From positions 1-20,524 of IMG/VR virus record IMGVR_UViG_3300045988_000837: 20,524 bases of DNA; one strand, given 5' to 3'. Below, in pieces: positions 15,683 through 20,524 of this stretch (position 1 is the stretch's first letter; the number at the start of each line of letters is the position of its first letter). The position numbers and the translations under genes were made by a program. This DNA comes from a virus. The notes under the pieces are model-generated. The model did not search any database, was not told where the DNA came from, and saw only the letters and a program-made list of their open reading frames with translations.

Positions 15683-16639
15683 TTACTCACCCCAAACGCC
15701 GTTAACAGCTTCTTCATCAAGAGTGCTGCCGCCAGCTTTATATTCCATTTTGATATGTCCATACGCTGAACAGCGACAGTTAGGGTGCATCGGGTACATG
15801 TTGACCCCCTTTTCTGCCTTGTTGAGCGGTATAGCTTTTTTATCTAAAGGCTTACAAATATCGCAAGCCCCACTTTCTGCAACATAGATTAGATGTGTGA
15901 AACTGTTCTCTTTCAACATCATCAACTCTGTATCAGCATTAATGCGAGCTATTTCGGTCTTGAGTAGTCGTTGGGCGTTGGTCTGGCTTGTGTTGTATTT
16001 CTTAGCTAATCGCTGCCGCTCCTGCTTAAAACCGTCCATGTCGGTGAAGATGCGTGCTAACGAGCTAAACACATCCTTCTGCATACTTGCATGAAGTCCG
16101 TTTCTGCCCCAAACTCTGCGACTAAAATTCTGACCGTAGAAATCAGCGTCTAAAATCGCTCTCATGCGACTTACTGCATTGATGGCAGAATTCCCCAAGA
16201 TACCCGCTTGACGCTTAAACTCGGCTAAATATTCACTCTCACGCGCTTCGTCAAAGACTTCGTTCACGTCTGATATAAGACTAGCTATCTCAAGCCTTAA
16301 TTCTGCTTTGAGTAGTTCCAAACGACTGACTTTCATTTTCAAGTTAAACAGTCTTAGCCATTGATTGGTTCCGTGTGAGAAATCTTTCTCGACTACTGCT
16401 TTTCTAGCTCGGTCCTTATACTCAGTGACATCGAACTCACTAGCTCGCTTCATAGCTTCGGAACGGCTTAACCCTTCCTTGTCGGCATAGCGCATGTAAA
16501 AACCGTTTATTTGGCTCTGCATGCGGTTATAAGACGCTTGATAAAGCTCTTTTAAGACTTTGTCACGCTCTATGTCACGCTTGATTAGGTCTGATTGTGC
16601 TTTTCGCTCGGCATTGTAGCGTTCATTATTCGTCATCAT
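15683..16639 (-). CDS. Head morphogenesis / minor capsid protein (SPP1 gp7, Phage_Mu_F family)
   Basis: 318 aa, following the portal gene. Carries the C-terminal Cys motif CDIC...HPNCRC typical of MuF/gp7 proteins. No additional C-terminal toxin-sized extension. Confidence 0.85.
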   Translation of the reverse strand: MMTNNERYNAERKAQSDLIKRDIERDKVLKELYQASYNRMQSQINGFYMRYADKEGLSRSEAMKRASEFDVTEYKDRARKAVVEKDFSHGTNQWLRLFNLKMKVSRLELLKAELRLEIASLISDVNEVFDEARESEYLAEFKRQAGILGNSAINAVSRMRAILDADFYGQNFSRRVWGRNGLHASMQKDVFSSLARIFTDMDGFKQERQRLAKKYNTSQTNAQRLLKTEIARINADTELMMLKENSFTHLIYVAESGACDICKPLDKKAIPLNKAEKGVNMYPMHPNCRCSAYGHIKMEYKAGGSTLDEEAVNGVWGE

Positions 16640-18125
16640 CCTCAGTACCTACAATCTGACTAACTTCTAAATCAGTAGCGCCGCCTTCTTTGAGTAAACG
16701 GCTCTTCTCTTTGCGTGCATCAGTGAAGCTAGCTGATTCCATAAGTGTTTCTTGTGAGATTTCCATGCCAGAATTGATAGCTGATTGAATCTCAGCCCAT
16801 ACGTCCGTTGGCAAATTCTCATGAAACGTAAACGTCAGCATGTCAGCGTCCACTGGTTCGATGCCTTTGAGATTGTTAGACAGTAGCTCAAGCAATTTAT
16901 AGCGTCGTCTAAGCGCCTTGACAAAGAACCCACGTTTGACGGCTGTAACTTGCTGCAAGTCAACGAGTTTGTAGCGGATAGCAATCCCAGACGTAACTGA
17001 GAATGTCGAGTCGTCCTGCAAGTTAGGCAATCCAACGATTCGGAAGAAATCTTTAATCAAACGTGACTTGTACGCTTCAACACCGCTGACATCGTATTGC
17101 TTATAGATATAGCCGGCGTCTAGTGACGTTTGTTGTCCATTGTGACCGACACCACTTTCAAGCACTAACACGTTAGCTTGTTTCATTTTCATAATGTCAG
17201 ACGCATTCATCCCTGTGCTTTCTACATCACCTTTGATGACAAGCATGGCATCATTAAGGTCTGACATATAGTTAGCCGTGTCAGATTCCGCTGCATCGTA
17301 AGCGTCAATGATTGGAATACCTTTCTCCCAATCTCCCGAACGTTCTCGGTTATTCTGCCATTCAACCACCGGCACCATCCCGAACGGGTTCTCTTTGCGT
17401 TCGATTTCCTGCCAGTTTGGATCATAACTAACAATCTTGCTATCGGTGTAGACTGTGACAAACATCTCGCCGTTGTACACTGGGCAATGGACAGCCGCAA
17501 TGATGTCCTTTCGAACGTCTGCGCTACGAATAGTGAACATTTCCCTTGCGTCAATCAAGACCACTGCGGGATTGCCAAACTCATCATAATAGTGCAATTC
17601 AAACGCTCGACCAAAGCGTGAAGCGTCATATACCAACTCACGGTTAAGAGCTTCAATGTCGTTATATGCATTGAAATCATCAATAGCTGTCAAGTCGCTG
17701 TTAGTGTCAGTAGCACCGATTGAAATAGGTTGACCTACTGTATATCCAGTGAAGAAACGACTAGCCTGTCCGCCTAAGTCATGCCTAATGCGGTAGTCAG
17801 CCTTCTCCGGTTCCAATCGCTTACGACCATTTAGAATAGTGTAGTTATTCCCATTTGAATAGCTCTCTAGGATGTTCAAACGCTCAATCTGTTCGTCTTG
17901 GAACTGAGCTACCATCTTCTCTAACTTCTCACGTCCTTGGAACGTGTCCACTAGGTCGTCTGCTGACTGAGCCATGAAGTGCGTGTTAGCTTCTTTTGCG
18001 AAACGAAGAAAATCTTCACGTTTCTGTAAGCTGGTCGGCTCCATATCTCGCTCGAATTGATACGATCTAGGAATATACTGCCCTTCATGCAGAATATCGT
18101 CAGCACTATGTGTTGTATCCGTCAT
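16626..18125 (-). CDS. Portal protein (SPP1 gp6 family)
   Basis: 499 aa, directly after terL with a 1-nt gap. Size and acidic C-terminus fit (EVSQIVGTEDDDE), and it is followed by a gp7-like gene. Confidence 0.9.
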   Translation of the reverse strand: MTDTTHSADDILHEGQYIPRSYQFERDMEPTSLQKREDFLRFAKEANTHFMAQSADDLVDTFQGREKLEKMVAQFQDEQIERLNILESYSNGNNYTILNGRKRLEPEKADYRIRHDLGGQASRFFTGYTVGQPISIGATDTNSDLTAIDDFNAYNDIEALNRELVYDASRFGRAFELHYYDEFGNPAVVLIDAREMFTIRSADVRKDIIAAVHCPVYNGEMFVTVYTDSKIVSYDPNWQEIERKENPFGMVPVVEWQNNRERSGDWEKGIPIIDAYDAAESDTANYMSDLNDAMLVIKGDVESTGMNASDIMKMKQANVLVLESGVGHNGQQTSLDAGYIYKQYDVSGVEAYKSRLIKDFFRIVGLPNLQDDSTFSVTSGIAIRYKLVDLQQVTAVKRGFFVKALRRRYKLLELLSNNLKGIEPVDADMLTFTFHENLPTDVWAEIQSAINSGMEISQETLMESASFTDARKEKSRLLKEGGATDLEVSQIVGTEDDDE

Positions 18126-18126
18126 T

Positions 18127-19407
18127 CTATCTCCTTATCAGTTTATTAACCCGTCTAATCTTAGCGTCTACGTCCTGTCTATCTTTGACAAAGATAAGGT
18201 TTTGCAGTGCGTATCTAATAGCGTCGATACAGTGGTTATAGCTGTCGCACGGCTTGTTGATGTACTCGTTTGTGTGTTTATCTTTCTGCCATGTATAGTT
18301 CTCAAGCTCCTCAATCGTCTTGACGCACCTTTCGTCGACAATGATGTCGAACTGTTGTAAGAACTGGATTCCTTGAAGGACTGAACCTTTACCCTTATCT
18401 ACTGGGATAGCTCGACGCAAGCCCAGTGTTTGAAGTTCAGCAATAGATTTCTGCTCTGCCGAGTCGGCCATAATCACCTCTTTTGAATAGCCAAGGCTAG
18501 TGATAGCTTCTGCTATTTGGTTGTTAAGCAGTCCCTTCTTGACGTATTCCTCTAGGATATATAGCCGCTTGTTCTCTCGGTCTATTTTGACATGCATAAA
18601 CGCCGTGGGGTCGTTAGTAAACCCAAAGTCCAGACCAAAAAAGGACGGCAACTGTTTAAGCTCGTCCTTGTTAAGTAATCTCTTTTCGTATTTTGGAAAA
18701 ACTAGTTTGTCGAGCGTTGCAAACTCACCCAAAGCATAGATTTTGTAATAGGCTTCATTTCGATTTGCTAACTCCTCAATATTCTCCTTGGTCAAGTCGT
18801 CCAGGAACCGATTATCCTTATACGTTGTTTGGTAAACCGCTGTATTCTTAGGGTCCTTCACAAAGAACGCATTATATACCCAGTTAGCTTTAGACACGGG
18901 GTTAAACATCAAATAGATTTGTTTCTGCTTGTGTGCTTTATCCCTCAAGCGAAGTGTTAGCTGCGTATAATCATCAAGCGTAAACTCTGACGCTTCTTCC
19001 ATGACCACGTCAGAAATGCCTTTGATTGACTTGATCTTCTCTGGATTGTCCATCCCTTTGAAGATCAGCTCGGCACCGTTTGGCAACTCGATTCGGAATG
19101 CGCTCATGTTAACCTTGCATAGATTAAGCACACCGAAATAAGACAGCGCTGCTTGCACGTCCGCAAATACCGAGTCACGAACCGTAGAGCCTACTTTTCG
19201 CAATATCAATATTTTGCGGGGCTTGTCCCACTTTTTAAGAGCTTTGAGGACTATCTTCTGGAAAACCCCATGACTCTTACCGCTTGATGCTCCGCCATAA
19301 TGAACCTCAGTGAACGTGTCATAATCAAACAAATGCTCATAGATATGCCGATTAAACACCCTACTTGGGTTGATATCAAGATTAATCGTCATTCCATTCA
19401 CCGACAT
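18127..19407 (-). CDS. terL: Terminase large subunit (PBSX / Terminase_3 family)
   Basis: Walker A-like GGASSGKS at residues 38-45, about 420 aa, following terS. The start is ambiguous: the ATG at 19407 lacks an SD, whereas the ATG at 19392 (MTINL...) is preceded by GGTGA. Either start overlaps the end of terS. Confidence 0.9.
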   Translation of the reverse strand: MSVNGMTINLDINPSRVFNRHIYEHLFDYDTFTEVHYGGASSGKSHGVFQKIVLKALKKWDKPRKILILRKVGSTVRDSVFADVQAALSYFGVLNLCKVNMSAFRIELPNGAELIFKGMDNPEKIKSIKGISDVVMEEASEFTLDDYTQLTLRLRDKAHKQKQIYLMFNPVSKANWVYNAFFVKDPKNTAVYQTTYKDNRFLDDLTKENIEELANRNEAYYKIYALGEFATLDKLVFPKYEKRLLNKDELKQLPSFFGLDFGFTNDPTAFMHVKIDRENKRLYILEEYVKKGLLNNQIAEAITSLGYSKEVIMADSAEQKSIAELQTLGLRRAIPVDKGKGSVLQGIQFLQQFDIIVDERCVKTIEELENYTWQKDKHTNEYINKPCDSYNHCIDAIRYALQNLIFVKDRQDVDAKIRRVNKLIRR

Positions 19408-19825
19408 TGATATTGATATCTTGCGTTACATCAGCTTCGACCTTGTCTGTCCACATTCTATAGCGTTTCCCGATATCAACTGCCGCAGCGCGACGGGTAG
19501 CGACATTCGGCTTTGCTTGAGCAATACGTTGCATGCCTTCACCATCGAGGACAAGCAAAGGCTCTTCAATCTCGCCACGCATTACGGCTGTGAGGAATTC
19601 CATGACCTCTTGCTGATCAGCAACACGTTCCGACTTCAATTGTTCTAGGCGTTCGTCTATATAAGCCTTGATGTTAGCCTTTGCAAGCAGTCTACTTCCA
19701 TTAGCCTTTGCAACATCGTTGTTCTTAATATTAGGATAAGCCTTCTTATATGCTTGCGAAGCATTTAGGCTGATGATGTACTCATCGGCAAACTTCATTT
19801 GTTTCTCGGTCATCCCATTTTCCAT
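19382..19825 (-). CDS. terS: Terminase small subunit (Terminase_2 family); start trimmed
   Basis: MTEKQMKFADEYIISLNASQAYKKAYPNIKNNDVAKANGSRLL is the typical Terminase_2 HTH N-terminus. The first 12 codons of the track ORF (to 19861) cover the hairpin/T-run and the SD GGAAAGGAG (19829..19837). The real start is therefore the ATG at 19825 or 19813, and the SD spacing is non-ideal for both. Confidence 0.85.
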   Translation of the reverse strand: MENGMTEKQMKFADEYIISLNASQAYKKAYPNIKNNDVAKANGSRLLAKANIKAYIDERLEQLKSERVADQQEVMEFLTAVMRGEIEEPLLVLDGEGMQRIAQAKPNVATRRAAAVDIGKRYRMWTDKVEADVTQDININVGEWNDD

Positions 19826-19843
19826 CAACTCCTTTCCGATACT

Positions 19844-19873
19844 GAAAAAGACAACCCACAAAATGAGTTGTCT
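19844..19873 (-). terminator. Hairpin plus U-run (intrinsic-terminator-like) in the arpU-like/terS intergenic leader
   Basis: Minus-strand RNA reads AGACAAC(UC)-AUUUUGU-(GG)GUUGUCU-UUUUC. That is a 7-bp perfect stem, extendable to 9 bp with one G.U pair, followed by a short U tract. It ends about 10 nt before the terS SD. Confidence 0.55.
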
Positions 19874-19891
19874 CCGTTTTTCTTCGATAAT

Positions 19892-19919
19892 ATAATAATA
19901 CCACTTTAAACACTTGCAA
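19892..19919 (-). promoter_or_regulatory. Candidate late promoter upstream of terS
   Basis: On the minus strand, TTGCAA (19914..19919), a 16-nt spacer, then TATTAT (19892..19897). An alternative TGGTATTAT extended -10 lies at 19895..19903. The region is AT-rich, so chance matches are likely. Late activators of the Ltr/RinA/ArpU superfamily act upstream of terS. Confidence 0.25.
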
Positions 19920-19953
19920 GATACCGTGCTTTATCCGTCAAAATACCGAAATA

Positions 19954-20370
19954 TCAACGTTCCACGACTAATTGACCATTTCGATACAATTCTGCAAATG
20001 CTAGGATAGCATTATTCAGCAATTCTTGGAAGGCTGTTCTTTCAAACCCGATTGCTTGGGCGATTTGCCAGTTTGGTTTAGGTGGATAAGCTAGATATTT
20101 CTCTATCAGTATTCTACGATAGTCTGGACGATATAGCCCACTAACTGCTTGCTCTATGGCTTCTAACTCGTTCATTGCATCAACTCGTCTAACAGCAATA
20201 TTCTCCACCGGTCTACTCACTCCGCTGCCACCTCTGGGCATAAATGTGAATTCCTGTGTTATTTTCTGCTCAGCTCCGTCGTGTGCAATCTCTCGCCATC
20301 GTGGGTATTCTCGAAGTTTTCGCTTGCAACGTTTGATTGTTGCTTTTTCATCAATTTCCGGCAATAGCAT
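19954..20370 (-). CDS. ArpU-family (Ltr/RinA superfamily) phage late transcriptional regulator
   Basis: 138 aa. MLLPEIDEKATIKRCKRKLREYPRWREIA and LIEKYL...QIAQAIGFERTAFQELLNNAILAFAE form a sigma-region-4-like HTH typical of ArpU-family proteins. It sits immediately upstream of terS. Confidence 0.8.
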   Translation of the reverse strand: MLLPEIDEKATIKRCKRKLREYPRWREIAHDGAEQKITQEFTFMPRGGSGVSRPVENIAVRRVDAMNELEAIEQAVSGLYRPDYRRILIEKYLAYPPKPNWQIAQAIGFERTAFQELLNNAILAFAELYRNGQLVVER

Positions 20371-20524
20371 TGTTCTGCCCTCTCTGGTATAATAGTAGTG
20401 TTGACTTTCAGAAAGTGCCGGCCATTGTGTCGGTCTTTTTTATTTTGGCCCAAGAAACGTTAAGAGATTTTATTGAAAAGATAGAATACGTATTTATTCT
20501 TGGGGTGTTTCTCAAGCCTTTTAT

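Noticed and set aside
15683-16639. MuF/gp7 protein carrying a C-terminal polymorphic toxin domain, as seen in some prophages
   Set aside because: The protein is only 318 aa and ends ~25 residues after the HPNCRC motif. There is no room for an extra toxin module, and no small immunity-like ORF follows (the next gene is the scaffold).
19826-19861. N-terminal extension MWVVFFSIGKEL of the terS ORF as given in the track
   Set aside because: These codons are the right arm and U-run of the intergenic hairpin plus the SD GGAAAGGAG. The recognisable Terminase_2 N-terminus begins at MTEKQMKF, so the start was trimmed to 19825/19813.
20259-20453. 64-aa minus-strand ORF overlapping the 5' end of the ArpU-like gene
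   Set aside because: It is out of frame with and overlaps the well-supported ArpU-family ORF. It is Arg/Lys/Asn-rich, has no SD, and its upstream half covers the hairpin and T-run region.
1-20524. Endolysin, integrase, repressor, att sites, toxin or virulence morons, tRNAs
   Set aside because: None is detectable in the window. The lysin and lysogeny module presumably lie beyond the left end (downstream of 13..339) and beyond the right end. Their absence here is a window-boundary effect, not evidence of loss.

Overview
The window is almost entirely minus-strand coding. It holds one contiguous late operon (packaging, head, tail, lysis) of a pac-type temperate siphovirus or prophage from a low-GC Gram-positive host. 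Gene content and order most resemble streptococcal Sfi11/O1205-type phages and pyogenic-group prophages; the host assignment is inference from memory of those families, not a search. Read 5'->3' on the minus strand (right to left) the order is: ArpU/Ltr-family late regulator, hairpin+T-run, terS, terL, SPP1-type portal, gp7/MuF head-morphogenesis protein, scaffold, major capsid protein, small HeH-motif protein, four head-tail joining proteins, major tail protein, strong intrinsic terminator, tail chaperones G and T in -1 frameshift geometry, 989-aa tape measure, Dit, 1680-aa Tal/host-specificity protein, two small conserved ORFs, two holins, and two small fibre-like ORFs where the endolysin would be expected. 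Genes are tightly packed, with many ATGA/TAATG overlaps. I found no rRNA, tRNA, CRISPR array, transposase, integrase or endolysin in the window. I did not find a convincing new defence-type system. The points most worth follow-up are: (1) the two fibre-like ORFs translationally coupled to the holins; (2) the hairpin/T-run in the unavoidable leader between the ArpU-like gene and terS; (3) the internally duplicated (coiled-coil + CBM-like) architecture of the giant Tal; (4) a perfectly phased 11-residue aromatic ladder in the tape measure; (5) a candidate divergent plus-strand promoter plus terminator upstream of the ArpU-like gene. All plus-strand ORFs in the track look like antisense artefacts.
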